Positions 49,081 through 63,250 are shown, counted from the stretch's first letter. The stretch is 64,000 bases of DNA from Convolutriloba macropyga (GCF_964194025.1 NC_134472.1:19654001-19718000); one strand, 5' to 3'. The notes: generated by a model from the letters alone, not told the origin. Numbers and translations: made by a program.

Positions 49081-52000
49081 CAAATTGGAGTCATAGAAGT
49101 TTATAAAATATTATAATAAACTTCACAACTAGACGCTTCCGTTGGTGTGAAGACTCCAATTTTTGTGATTTTTGTGAATGCAAACCCAAAACAAATGGAA
49201 AAAATAGAATAATTCATCATACGCAAAATCAAGGAGCTACATGAGGTTGTGGTTCTTGTCCTGATACCAAACTCACAATTTATGGCTCAACTGAATCGAA
49301 TTCGAGCTGCTGAGATTATAATAATAAGATTTTCATTTTTTGGATGAAAGCTAGACCAATTCGGTAGTTAGAGAGGGCCGATCCTTTTCGGTGACCTGAG
49401 ATTTCGACGCTCATCAAAGATCAGAGACCAAACTTGCTCGCCCGTTGTCCAACTTCAATTCTAAATTCAAGTTTTGTATTGACAATCTGGTCTCAAAAAT
49501 TACTTCAATTCACTTAACGAATCACTCAGTTTTTCTTCATGTCCAATTTGACTTGCATTTCACGCATTGTGAATTCAGGTGGATTTGTATGACACCTGCA
49601 AGAAATCAAACACTATGAATAAGAAAACACTGTGAATAAGAAAACAGGCAAAGCGAAAAATTTTGCTGAGAAAACATTCCCAATTTTGTAGATGAAACAC
49701 TTTTTTGTGATGTTAGTTCAATGATTGAAATAATTTGTCAAGATTACTTTAAGTCAATTCTGTTTTGTCGAGAGAAAAAAATAAAACATTACAGAGTTTC
49801 AAATTTTCGAACAACCTCTTCAGTAAAAAGGCGTAGCCAATAAAAATATGTTCTCTGTTTGCTTCTGGACACCCCCAGTAATTTACCGAGACAGAAGCAA
49901 GTGCAGTTAATTGTATTTTAAAGGTCCGTGGTAATAATATTCATCCGTATTATTTCAGGACGTCAAAATCTGTTTGTTCTGTTTTCCATGATGCGTACGG
50001 TTTCATGAAAGACAGCTAAATCCTTGATCCTGTCCTAGGTTTTACCAAACCTTTGTAGTTGTTTTCTCTCTGCCCATGTCTGCGGTTTACTGATCTAGAT
50101 GCTAGTGGAGTTCCTATCGTCTGAACTGCTCCTTGACGTTCCATTCTATAAATCACGATTGTTTGACCACATTTTATAAACTCCCCATAGCTCATCAATG
50201 GGACATGAAACACAGAACAATGGAAACAATAGTTATAAAAATAGGTGAAAACAGAGCTAAAAAATTGGGTGACAATTAGTTTGATATGAGAAAGCATGGA
50301 TACAAAATATAGGAAACAGTAGACAAATTCAGTTTCTGCTAATCTTTTGGTATTAAACCAAGAAAGCTCTTGGGTACATCCACAGAAAGAAATTTCCTGA
50401 GTTATTTTAAATTAAGTTTGGATTAAACATGAAAAGGTTGATTGAAGCAAGGACTTTGTAAATAAAACTGTTGTTGACTTTGAAAACAAGTAGCGATTAG
50501 CCACAAAATCTTTCTCATCTCTGGAATGCTCTATTTTCCCGCCGCTTGGTTTCATGCTTCTTTCCACAAACTTAGTGGTGAGCAAGTAGAATAAGCAACT
50601 CTTGGCTTAAAATTTGTCGTTTTTCAGTGTTTTGCAAAATCTAATTTTTCTGACGCTGTTTCTTTCAATTTTATGGTAGCAAATCATGTTTTTTTATTTT
50701 ATTTTTAGTAAATCTTTTTACTATAGCAAAGTCATAGTAAGACTTTTTTTACGTGTTGATGAAAATCAATAAGCATATAATTTGTCCAAAAATTGAAAAT
50801 AAATTTTATTTTTTATCGAATTGGCAGCCCACTAACAGCTGGCTCTTATCGGACTTAGCTGACAATTTACTCTTCATCAATGAAATCGACCAGACAAATT
50901 AAATTCCTTAAAAATAGTGGAAAAGCGCCTAAAAATTATTTTTTGGTATTTTTGTAGAGAAAAATTTACCTGACTTTAAAGCTCATTTTGTCCGGTCAAC
51001 ATCCAAGTTGAATCTTGATTTCTCCGACACATAATTTTAACCAGCAACGTCCTAATTAAAAAACAATGAAAAAACCTAAAAAAAATATCAAACTACAAAA
51101 TTAACACAAAATGAAAAAAAATTGAGTTTTTAGGTAAGCAATTGGCTGCCATTCGGACTCTTTGTCGGCTTATCGTTCTGCAAATTCCAATATTTTACCC
51201 CATATTTTGAGTGGTCTGGACTTAAGGTACATGCTTTTTGCATTTCTATTCTAGATTTGACGGCTAACTCGTTTCGCTATTTATTGGAGATTTAAAAAAC
51301 ATTTTCGCATTTCCAATGTGAAAAAACCCTGTTACGTAACAAAAAACAAAACTAAACGAGAACAAGCAAGTACTATTATCCTATCGCTACATATTTCTTG
51401 AAAATTTGCAGCTTTTATTGTTCTAATTCTGTCGGAAAATTCAAAATGAACAAATGCACTGCTTCCAATAAAGTTTGTTTTCAAGTGCCTGTTTCATACT
51501 ACAAACTCACTATTGATTCATCGCGTCTGAGCGAAACGTCCGCTAAGAAAGGTCTAGAGATCCAATTTTTCTTTGAATTATTTCAAACTACCATGTTGCT
51601 GCACAACTAATTGTCTTCTTTGCTTTTTTCAACGTGGGTACACCATCTCATGAACCTGAAAATGCTCATTATTTATGCAAAAAATTAAGTTACTTTCTTA
51701 TTAAAATAGATTGCGGCTAGAGTATCTAACAAATTGTAGGGTACCGGAATCAGCAGCAGTCAAAAGAGCAGTGTCATAAAAACATTTCCAAGAAGAATTG
51801 TCATTATAGATAGATCACCGATTTTTTCTTTGAAATGTCCTCAGGCACAATTGTTTCAAAAACTGATGCTGCAGGAGGATCAAAAATTTGTTTTAACTCG
51901 ACAAACAACTCAATAGGATCCTTGATAACTCCACTCAGTCCAAACAAAAACTGTTGAATAAATTTTTGTCATTTGTGGGAGACAAACATGTACTCCCCAT

Positions 52001-54992
52001 CTAACCAATATTGCTATGAGCTCTGCTTGTCATTTACTCACAATTTCATGTACAGCATCTCCTTCACGTGGACCTCTGTAGATATATATTCTCGACAGCA
52101 GAGCTGTCAGTGTTGACATTCTCTGTATTTCCTCATTGTTGTCTACCGCAAATGGTTTGTGCGGATTTGAATCAAGAATCGAGGAGAACACTGCCAATCA
52201 GTGCCCTTAAAAAGCAGGAGGGTGCACAAAAGAAGTTCAATATTTGGTGTAAAATCTTTAACTGGGCGCATTTTTCTTGGAGTGGTCTATCAGATGCCGC
52301 CTGTCGCATACTCTCAAGCACGTGTCATTTTCAAGGGTCTAAAAGTTTTCACTCGTTGTGTGATTGAGATTTGGTCGCCAAAATGGTTCCTGAGCTTCTC
52401 GTCTTTGAACAGTTGATATTGGTATTTTATTGATACTGAGATATTGATAGAACTCGCAAATTTTCTGAGAAAAGCTAAGTTTTTGTAATAGGCGCACAGC
52501 GGAAAAAATTTTTCTCTGAGGTGCAAAAATTCTGGTCTCTATTAGTTGAACAATCATCACAGATACCAAGTAATCAGACTATGGTTTAGTAGGTTACTTG
52601 AGCAGCAGATCAGTTCTCTGTCATTACTTATTCAAAACAACAATCTACAGATGCAGACCTTGATTGAAATTGGAGATGCTGTACGCGACCGGTTGAAAAC
52701 AGACAATTCACGAAAACTAAAAATTCACTTCAGCCATGAAATATTCTAATTTATTATCATTATAACCAAAAACCCAACTGCCTATAGGTTGTTTTCCAAC
52801 GAAGAAAACGGGAAATTTAGAAATCTTGCCTCAAATCTTAGTTTGTAAAATATCTACATGAGTACTGGCGGAAATAAATTCGCTACCTTTACATTGACAA
52901 TGAAATCAGATTCTGAAATAGAAACATTCAAACACAACATATTGGCAGATATCACTATTTTACTTCTCAGCTTTACAAAATTGAATAGGTCAGGTCAGTA
53001 AAGATGTTTTGTTTTTGCCACGAATCATTTTCCTTGACACCAAAGATTTTCCCGAGCAGACAAAAGTTTCGGATATAGACGAGTAAGAGTCAAACATAAA
53101 TGAATACAGCAGCAGCAGCAGCAGTAATGAAAACAACAGAAAAAGACAAGGACTGCTCAAAAAGAATGAAAGAATTGTGAAAACAACAACGTTGAATTAA
53201 TAGAGGATGCAGAAACTGAACATTGAAAAGAAGATTTCATATATTTGAAATCTGCCCGAAAAAGTTCCAGATTCAACAAAAAAACTTGATCAGACAGAAG
53301 ACTCGACTTCCTTCTCAGTAATTAATAGAGACAAACGGTTCAGACATTTCAATTAATGGGAAGCATCCAGCATTAAAACCACATTGAGTTCGTAGTCAAT
53401 TTGAAAAGCACTACTCAATAATTGATGATTTGTCACATTAAGTTTTTCATACACTACTTTTATTACTGAAGCGGGAGAGCGCAAAAACTGAGTTTTGAAA
53501 GCGTCAAATTTTTCAAAGCAAGTATAATTAAATTCCACTTTTGAAGATAATGATGATAATTATGATGACAATGATGAGCTTCTCGTGCTTTGAATAAAGC
53601 TAGTTTTGTCAGTTAAGCAAAAACATGCGAGGGACAGTCAGAGCTTCTCAAATTGAGGGCATCACTTTTAAGATTTAAGTAAAATTCTGTTGATTTGATG
53701 TTAAACTTGTCATCGTTGTCGTCATAAAGCTCATTCTTGACAGGGCCCACTTATAATAATTACGGGAACCTGTCATGCTGTTTTTTAATACTGTTACCTG
53801 ATAAGAGACCATGTAATGAGTGACTAGAAAACATGATTGTCACGTACTAATGAGACCAAGTAACACGCAACAACTAAACCTTATTGCTCTATATCAAATT
53901 TATAGTGGAAAATTGTGACCAAATCAATATTTCAGTTCGTATCAGTCGATAACCGGAACCAAACGAGTTCTGAGGCTCCATTAAGCAAGAAACTTTTAAA
54001 AACAATTAGTTATTGACGAGGCTTCTTTTTGGTTCAATATTATACTGTTGAAGTCTTTACACTAATTTGCTGATTAAAGTTCTAAACCTTTCCACTGCCA
54101 TTCTCAAGCACTGCAACAAAGCGCCCACAACAATGGTCGCAAGACTGTCAATTCTAGCCGTCTCTTAAGGTCGAACTGCTCTGCCATTGTTCCAAAAGTA
54201 CCAAAGTTTGCGTTGCAATTAATCAATAAGACCCGACTAGTCAAAACATTTTGAAAGCAGCCTGAGCTCAAGGATTCAATATTTGTAAAACAACTGAAGA
54301 ACGCAGCGAAGTCTCCCATTGGCATGTCTATAGCTAAAACTTTTTTAGCGCGAAGCGGGACCGAGAGCGGACGCCCCAAATGATTAAACTACAGGCGTCC
54401 AAAGAACAGCACGAAAAACAATCGCACTTTCTCGAGATCAGCACAATCATCAACCTCAGCCATACTGATAAATCTCAAATTGCTCAATTAGTGGGTCTGA
54501 AAACATTATTGTATTCAAAGTTTTTGCCCACATTTCAAAGCCCGTAACGCATACTAACCTCCATTAGGGTTATTTTAACTCTGTTTTAATCAGAAAACCA
54601 TTGATTTAAAGAGCAGCCCTGTTTTTGGAAAACAAACTGACGATGTGGCTCAATCTGGTTCAAACTGGCAGGATTCTGACTATATCCAACTATCTGACTA
54701 TTATCTCTTCACTTTTCATTAAACTCAAATCTTTTCCATATCCAGGCCACAATAGGAATGGACCAGACCGAGGATTGAACGTCTGGGAGGGTACCTCCCC
54801 AGAGACAATAGTTGTCGAATCATATTGTGAAAATCTTGTTAGAAGGTTGCGAGAGCAACCCAATGAAAAATTGTGTATAAGATCCGCTTTACAAGAAGCT
54901 CCACTTGTTCAACGTATACTTGGCTACAGAAAAGAAGCCTCGATGAGCAAGAAAGAACGTGAGAACGGGTTATAAGAGATGCCCAAGTTCGC

Positions 54993-55062
54993 GAGTTTTT
55001 GGTGTAAATGGCACACTAGGATTGCAAGTAAGAGATACTGGTTCGAATCCAGTACTGGTCCA
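54993..55062 (+). pseudogene. tRNA-like head (tRNA pseudogene or tRNA-derived SINE)
   Basis: Box A-like tggtgtaaatgg (55000), perfect box B ggttcgaatcc (55040) in an intact T-arm actgg/ccagt. Acceptor and anticodon stems do not pair. Confidence 0.5.
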
Positions 55063-56599
55063 TTTTCACAGTAGTTGCAACTGCATAGACCCCTAAAACA
55101 CCTCACCCGGGTGGTAGGAAACATACCAAGCGGGCCAAACAGTATGTATTGGCCAGACCCAACTCAGATATGGGCCTGGCGGAAACTCAGAAACTCACTA
55201 CTGAAATTTGGTCTACACTTGGAGCTCGGCTGCACCGGACCCCTATGTGTGTTACTCTTCATACAGTGTTAGAAGGCTGAGAGAGAACAACCTAATGTAA
55301 ATTGTGCATAGGATAAGCTTGATATAGCTTGACGCGAAGCTCTACTTGTTCAACGTTTTGTTCTCGGGTTTGGGCCTCATCGTGGGTTCTTTCTTTTTAC
55401 GCAAAACCTGGAGAAGTGAACACATTCCTGCAATAAAATGGATTTGATCACGAGATCTGAATTTCTCAGAGAATGAGTTATAGTGGCATGAACAGCATTG
55501 TTTTCTCGAGTCAGTTAAATAAACATCAGTTGACGTTTGTTGTTCTAATCTAAGTTAATATATCTTAGTTATAACTGATCATAACAATCTTTAAACTTGG
55601 CCAAATAACCTCGATTATGATTGCAACACTTTAACAAATAACTTTCATTTTACTTCAAATTATATTCAATACTATTACTACATTGAAAGATCGTTTTATT
55701 CTGCTTAGTAATCGGATTACGGAAACAATATTTTCGGATGAGTTGACATTTTTGAAGTGAAAATTCTTTGGTTTTCGCGGCATCTGAAATTTAACCTGCC
55801 TGTGATTCGCTACAAATTATATATACTTCAAATAAATTCGGTGAATCAATTGGGAGTTGAAAATTGTCTTGAGATCCGTGTCTGAATAATTTATATATTG
55901 ATTGATAAAAGAGACGTTGTAAATCCTTCTATGGCGAACAAAGTCAGCAAGAGTTTACGCACTTAAGCTTCAGATACAGAGCAATGAAATTTGGGCATAA
56001 TGCTGAAATTTATTAAGCTAAAATAATCTAACATTTTGTTGATATCTTTGGAAGTTTTCATTATAGCCGCCTCAAAAAAGTTGGAATTATCTTCCCGATT
56101 CTAACCTTTAACTTCCGATTCTGATTTCATCCAAATTATTCCGCTTTGTCAGCTTCTCGAAGTAATAAAGGGGGAGTAGAGATGAAAGCAACTCTAGTTC
56201 TTCAGCCGAGGGAACTGGCTCTACTCTTCATGGAGCATAATGTCGAATTCATCGAATGGATTGCGGACGAGTATGCTCTTTCTATCAGGTACTTACTATT
56301 CAGAAAAAAATGCACTTTTCAGATAGACATTAAGCATCTTTTCAAAAGCTTCCCCCTCCTCAAGGGTACCTATTAGAGAAATGCCACCCCTTTTTGCGCT
56401 ATACTTTGCGACAATAGTACTTAGTCTGTAATTTAGATAGCCAATTATAACTCAATTACGGACCACTGTTCACGGCCATCTCGGTGCTGGGACATATCAA
56501 AAGGACAGCAGATGGAAACCCAGGTTGAGGTCCTATCCGGAAGTAACCTCTGATAAGACCTAGTCCAACGCACATGGTGTGTTTCCAGACCAAAATTAC

Positions 56600-57650
56600 A
56601 GGGTCTGAGATTTGGTTCGAGCGAACAATAGTTTGATCAGAGGTCACTTCGGTCTGGGGATGGAATGATCCGAGGTCACTTCCGGATGGTAATGGTCTCA
56701 TCAGAGGTCATATCCGTCTGGGTAGGTTTGATCAGAGGCGGATTGAAGTGCACATTAGTCTGATCAGAGAAGAATTTGAGCGCAATTGGGTCTGATGAGA
56801 GAGAAAAAAAAATTTTTTCTTTTGATTTTTTTGTTTTTTTTTACTGAGAGATATAGAGTCTGATGGCATGATCAGAACCAAAGGGATCCAGCTGATAGAA
56901 AATACTGGTCCCCTTAAAAAGAAATTTTGATTAACGGTAGAACACGACGTTTTATTTGGAAAGCTGTCTAAATTCATCCATTCAGTTCACAATTTGCACT
57001 AATGGTATACTACATAAATTTTTCTCAGCAGTTTGGTTTTCTTTTCTTTTGCAATACTCTCAGAATGGTCTTTTTTAGATGAATTGAATAATGCAAACAT
57101 CAATTTTTATTAAACATATACATTATAACAAAACTCAAGAAATTCTTTCATAGTGAAAATCATTCACTGATCAGTCTATTTCGAGAGCAATTGAGTCTGA
57201 TCAGAGGTGATTTCGAGCGCAAAATAGTCTAATCAGAAGTGCTTTTGGGCGCAGAATCGTCTGGACGGTGATCTGGGTTTGGTCTGGGCCATGTTCGCAC
57301 AATCGTCTGGACAATGGTCTGATTTCCGTCTGATCAGATGTAATTTTCGGGATCTTTTCCGTTTGTGCCCCCCAGCTTAGTGGGCGCAAATATTATTTGC
57401 ACCCCCAGACGCACGTGCCATATTTTCACATAATGATTTACTGTGTAATGGCACGTGCTCTGTAACTGGGGGGAGCATAACGTACTGGGGGGGGGACAAA
57501 CGGAAATGATCCCATTTTCGTCTGGAAAGGTGTGATCAGAGCCACTTTCGAGCGCACTCCGAGCGAACACGGTGTTTCGAGCGCACTTTAGCCTGATCAG
57601 AGGATACTTTGACCAAAAATGGTCTGATCAGAGGTTACTTCCAGATGGCA
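56600..57650. repeat. Degenerate ~30-bp repeats built on the palindrome TCTGATCAGA (clusters ~56600-56800 and ~57165-57650)
   Basis: Recurrent gtctgatcagagg...ttcgagcgca units. Confidence 0.7.
57349..57513. mobile_element. 165-bp MITE with ~27-bp TIRs and a 6-bp TSD
   Basis: TIRs gggatcttttccgtttgtgccccccag / ctggggggg..acaaacggaaatgatccc; TSD ATTTTC at 57343-57348 and 57514-57519; internal IR gcacgtgccat/atggcacgtgc. Confidence 0.82.
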
Positions 57651-58258
57651 CCTCAACCAGGGAAACAAAATTGGGAAATTAGATCAAAAATGAAATTTTT
57701 CTGTTTGCTTATTGACCAATCTAATTTAGGGACTCAAAAATAAAACAGCTTTTAGTATAATATTTTTCGTGATAATATTTTTGGAGGAGGACGTCGGGCG
57801 TAGGGCAGAATGATAAAAAACAAATTTTTTTCAGCCGAATATTTCACGTGCGCCGATTGGTCGATCCCAATTTCGTTACCTTACCGGCAGTTTTTTTCAG
57901 GCCTATCAAACTTATGCTTTGACTCTCATTTTTCTCATTCGACTCTGCACCCGTACTGCTCTGATTCCTAGCTCCATGTTCGGTTGCTATAGATTCAAAT
58001 AAATTCCCATGGACCGCGAAGCTATGGCCAGGGCTCGCGAGGCATGGTCAGATGTAGCATTTTCATGTAAGCTTACTGGCAATTCTCACAGATCGCTACC
58101 GCTAGCGCCCCCAGTAAATTAGGCTCCCCATTGTTATATGCTTTTACGTTAGTTATGCCTTTGAGTTTATTACATGCCAATACTCGTGAATGGGCGTTTA
58201 AAAAAATTGACAGAGCGATGGTTTGAAATTATTACGTGCATTAATAATGAACAGCATA

Positions 58259-58375
58259 AGTAGTGGATTAAACAGGGCTTCCAGCCACCAGCCCAATTTA
58301 GCCTATTCCCCCTCAAGAATTTGGGGAATAGGCCAAATCGTCCTGCTAACTGGAAGCCCTGTTTTATCCACTACT
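58259..58375. repeat. 117-bp nested inverted repeat (hairpin), AGTAGT...ACTACT
   Basis: Outer arms 58259-58284 and 58350-58375 match 25/26; inner arms 58296-58311 and 58323-58338 match 15/16. Confidence 0.9.
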
Positions 58376-59069
58376 ATAATCACAAACTAAAAATAAAAAT
58401 AAGGCATATACCATATATACTACATTCACCACATTCACTTTCTACCCAAATAAAGCGCCTCCTTTATGTGCTATATGTGATCTATGTGCATTATTTAATT
58501 TTTTCTAAAATTTTATAATATTACATCATATTATATCATATTATATTATATTACATCAAACTATATTACATTAGATTGAATTATTTTATATTATATCATA
58601 TTATATTATATTACACTTTTTATTTATAATAATGCTAATGCTAATGCTAAAAAATATTTTAAAAAAATATGACAATCTATTCTTCTAACAATTTATTTAT
58701 ATCTATACCCTGAGCTTTTAATTAAGAGAGTATAAGATAAGATCTATAATATTCGGATTCATTAGACTTATGGGTCTTCGACCACGCTTCGCCATCTATT
58801 GAATCAGACTTATATATTGAATCAGATTTATCTGTTGAATCAGACTTATCTATTGAATCAGATTTATCAATTATATTAGACTTATCTATTGGATTAGACT
58901 TATCTATTATATTAGAATTATCTATTTGATTAGACTTATCTATTATATTAGACTTATGGGTCTTCTGCCATGCTTCTCCATTTATTGTATTAGATCTAAT
59001 AAATTCATTAACAGGTTTTATTTTTTAGTAGACTCTAATTCTTTAGATGAATAATCATCTCTGGGGAAA

Positions 59070-59683
59070 TCTATTTCTTTATGAGCTATTTTTATATGAC
59101 GATTTATCCCATTAAAACTAAATATAGAAGAACAATATTCACACCTCACCTTTGTTGAGTTACATTTTTTACATATAGCTTTCTTTTTAATCAAAAGATG
59201 TTATTTATTTTGCAACTCCACATCTATTACAAACTTTAAATATTAAGTCAGTTTTTTTATTAGTAAAACTATAAGTATGACTCGAGTTAGAAGTAAAGCT
59301 AGAGTTAGAAGTGGGGTTAGAGTTAGAAGTAAAACTAGAGTTAGAAGTGAGGTTATAGTTAGAAGTAAAACCCGAGTTAGAAGTAGGGCTAGATTAGGAG
59401 CTTGAATCGGAATTAGAGTTAGAAACACAATCAGAATTAGAATTAGAAAAAGAATTAGGGCTAAAGCTAAAGCTAGAACTAGAACTTGAACTGGAGCTTG
59501 AACATTTTGAAGCAATTCCCCTAGCCTTTGAACGGGCTTTATTCAAACAAATACCCTTCAATATATCATCTGCGCATGCACACTTACTAAGTTTATCCTT
59601 ATGTTTCTTTTTATAATGGAAAGATAAAAAACTAGGGGATCCACATTCATAATCACACTCTAATTATGCTGCTGTTTCCATCA
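59070..59683 (-). pseudogene. Zinc-finger-like gene remnants around a Ser/Asn low-complexity tract
   Basis: CDYECGSPSFLSFHYKKKH near 59600-59660; CEYCSSIFSFNGINRHIKIAH near 59080-59145; in-frame stops. Confidence 0.5.
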
Positions 59684-60479
59684 TTTAATATTTAAAGCAG
59701 GTCAAATTTCAAATTTTAAATATCAATTTTTGATATCTTATAACTAGCTATAATTAACTATAACTAGCTATATCTACCTATAACTAGCTATAATTTTAAT
59801 TAAACTTCTAGTATAATCTTCAGACTGGACACACTCTTTTAGATTTTCCCTTCCTAAATTTTTAAGAATATTAAAATTAAATGTTTTATCTAAAATCTGA
59901 TCAACACCCAATTCAGTTTTATCTCTGATGAAATCTATAATTTCATCTTTAAATTTTTGATTATTTTATATAGATCACTTAAAACAGTTATACCCTTTGT
60001 GTTTAAGTTTTTGTCTCTTCAACAATAAACTCTTCTTGTATACCCCCCAACCCGGACGAAGACCCAAGGGGGGATATAGTTGAAGACTCATATTATTTTT
60101 GTTCATGCTCTAAGTCTTTACCATAACCCATATTCATTAATGAGCCTGTTATATTTATCAAATGAATTGCATGTGTTGCCACGCGTGCTGCAGTTTTTAT
60201 TGTCGGGTCAGGTTTTAAACAATCATGTATGTATAAGAGTTTACCTATACCCATTGTTATACTCCACCTATACTTAACCACATTAGCAATAAGCATTTCT
60301 TTTGTTAGAACATCATTCTGAATCTTAACACCTCTTGAAATAAAAAGTTTATTAAAATAGAATATATAGTTAACTTAATTAATAGTATTTTTGTCTGTAG
60401 CTCTATTCATTAGTAGTTTAAAATAATCTACAATTTTTTTTATCTCGTTACTCTATAATTCATTTTTTAAACTGAGAGC

Positions 60480-61235
60480 TGTCAAGTCTAAGAAACCAAC
60501 TCTTGAGTCATATGCCATAGTTCTATTTCTATCAATAATAATAAAAATTTCCTCTTTCTTATAATATTTAATCATGCCATAACGAAGTGCATCATCTGTC
60601 CATCTCTACAATTATAATAACTATTATTTAATTCTCGATTTATGTCATAGAAGTCATGTTTGCAATTATATGTTGTATTAAAATTTTGAAAAAAATCAGC
60701 TCCATTATCAGTTGTTATATAAATAGTATCACAAATCATTCTAGCCATATTATTTATCTGAGCTGGTTGATGACGCATTACAATCATTTGAATACTTTTT
60801 ATTTCTTCCTTCTGTAAAATAATAAACTATATCCTAAGTAAACTTATCACCCATATCATCAAGAACAATCACAATATTTTTGAATTTTAGTATATTTTCA
60901 TTGTGATCATACTTATATCACCCATATCAAATCCAGCATAGGGCTCGCCAGTCTCAAGATCAATCCAATCCTTTTCATCTTTACATATTCTGATTATTTG
61001 CTTTTGCTTTTGCGTTTGTTGGGGAACTAAGGCCGAATGCCCTTCCATCACATCTTTATTATCTTGGTCCTGATCCCGATACAACTTCAAGTATTGTCTA
61101 ACAATTCTTACCTGCACCAGTAGCACCATAAACAGTAGTATGCAATGGTGACTTTTCAAATTCAAATTTAACTAAACTTTTATTCAAAAACCCTTCTAAA
61201 ATTTCTTCTAGTTTGGTATATTTACTTGGCAACTC

Positions 61236-61240
<5 letters not shown>
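60480..61240 (-). pseudogene. A32/FtsK-HerA-like packaging ATPase no. 1 (frameshifted)
   Basis: Walker A TTVYGATGAGK, Walker B IVIVLDDMG, FTEGR....QMIVMRHQ......AR..CD. Confidence 0.8.

Positions 61241-61278
<38 letters not shown>
61237..61278. repeat. (TA)n microsatellite
   Basis: About 20 TA units. Confidence 0.95.
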
Positions 61279-61282
<4 letters not shown>

Positions 61283-61558
61283 AACACAATGTATTGAATG
61301 CAAGTATAAAAATTATAGGGCCTTTATCCATTTTTATAAATGAAATATAGACTGATAATTAGAGTTGTAAATAGATTTAGATTTAGACTTAGACTTAGTC
61401 ATCTGCGAAGCAGTTCCTGACAGTAATACTCAAAGTCAGACTTATAATTAGAATTATAATTAGACTTATGATTAGAGTTATAATTAGACTTATAGTTAGA
61501 GATATAATTAGACCTAAATTTAGAGATAAGATTAAGTATAAACTTTTATTATATACAA

Positions 61559-62000
61559 ATGCTTACCCTAACTTTTGAAGAATTCATTAATAAATTTGAT
61601 ATTGACAATAAAGCCATGAGTAATATCAAAATAGAAGATATAGGGGGTTATAAATATGATACCAATTCAGATAGTAATGAGAGATGAGATTCCCGTTAAC
61701 ATCAATGATTCTAAATTTAATAATATTGTAAATTTATACACAATTGATGGCACTCATTGGGTTCTCGTTATAAAAAGGAGAGGTGGTAAGGTTTATTACT
61801 TTGATAGTTTTGGTGTTGAGACTCCACCATTATTCTCAAAAGATTATATTGACCTAGGATCTGATGAAAGAATACAGGAATATAATGAATCTTATTGTGA
61901 AGCATATTGTTTATACATGATCTATCTTTTTGATAATGGTTACAGAACAAAGAGTGCATTGAATACTCTAGTTAATCAAGTTAAATGTCAAGAGGTATAA
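61559..62000 (+). pseudogene. Adenain/Ulp1-like (clan CE) cysteine protease of Polinton type
   Basis: IVNL....GTHWVL......YYFDSFG..PP ... IQ......C..YC (H-D-Q-C catalytic set). Frameshift near 61650. Confidence 0.85.
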
Positions 62001-62649
62001 AATAAGTGTTTGGGTTGTAAAGCTAAAAGTAAAACTGAAGTTAAAGATGATGACAACATCAATCAGGGAACCTGCTTCGCAGATGGCAATGTAAATATCA
62101 ATGACAATCAGGGAACCTGCTTCTCAGATGTCAATGGCAATGACAATCAGGGAACTTTCTTCGCAGATGACAAGTTCAATGACAATGTAAATCAGTGAAT
62201 CTGCTTCGCAGATGTTAATGCTAATGGTAATGTCAATGGCAATCAGGGAGCCAGATTCGCAGATGTCAATGGCAATTTCAATGGTAATGTCTATGTTAAT
62301 GGCAAAGACATTTTCATTGGTAATGTCAATGACAATGTCAATCAGGGAACTTGCTCCGCAGATGTCAATGGCAATGTCAATGGTAATGTCAATGTTAATG
62401 GTATTGGAGAAACATGGTTGGAGACCCATAGTGATAGTGATGACAGAGTGTGGTCGGAAAACAATGATAGCAAAGCATGGTCGGGGACCCATAGATGTAT
62501 AAATATATTTAGTGAAACAAAACAAAGAGATAAACCCTGCTCACAATGTGGATGTGGAGGGGGACGTAATGTTGGTGTAGGGACATCCGGTCTTGGTTCC
62601 CCATCCAATTTATAAATTGATGTTAAGGATAGTCTACAATCTTGGATAA

Positions 62650-63250
62650 ATGATAATTATAATCGTTAATAGCACATTCCCGGAAAACTTCAGACGTATA
62701 ATATCTGGTGCTAGTGAATATGGAAAGACGGTATTATTAAAGTATCTATTTTTGAATAATATAGAATTCTATAGATTATATATCATTGGTCCTACTGGTT
62801 ATGAATTTGATGATTTAGAGTATGAAGATATAGTTTTTATTAAAGATATAAAAGAATTACCCCCACCCGAAAAATTACCGGAAGATATAAAGAAACTCAG
62901 TATACTTGATGATGTCGGGGGTAAGGAATCAGTTATTAATGAATACTTCTGAAGAGGTGGAAATAGTAATCGTAATATGATATATCTTAAACAAAATATA
63001 TTCTCGGCAGATAGACAGAATGTTAGAAAGAATTGTAATTTATTTATTTTCTTTGAACAAAGAGGTAGAGCCACCACAGCTATTTATCATGATTTCTTTA
63101 GTAGAGTAGAACCTAGTTATGATGATTTTAGTAGTATATGTGAGAAGGTATGGGCTGACCCTTATAATTACATGGTAATTGGTAAAAAATAAAAAATAGA
63201 AACCTTGATGGTAAATTAGGAATTAGTTGGGATCGGAGAAATTTCTAGTT
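62650..63250 (+). pseudogene. A32-like packaging ATPase no. 2
   Basis: P..FR.IISGASEYGKT, ILDDVG, EYF*RG.N.N.N.IYL.QN.F...RQNVR.NCN.FIFF.Q; internal TGA at 62950. Confidence 0.82.

Noticed and set aside
46000-54600. Short ORFs as host exons
   Set aside because: No recognisable host domains or consistent splice chain; only faint TE traces (e.g. LTETW at ~48230 and the Penelope fragment listed).
54993-55062. Functional tRNA gene
   Set aside because: Acceptor and anticodon stems do not pair; kept only as a tRNA-like or SINE head.
59243-59515. Hydrophobic 'membrane protein' ORF (also 62124-62525 and 62212-62502)
   Set aside because: Translation of 6- and 18-bp low-complexity repeats.
62061-62364. 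CRISPR-like repeat-spacer appearance (also 63310-63460)
   Set aside because: Spacers are low-complexity, mutually similar and vary from ~14 to 75 nt; no cas genes; eukaryotic context.
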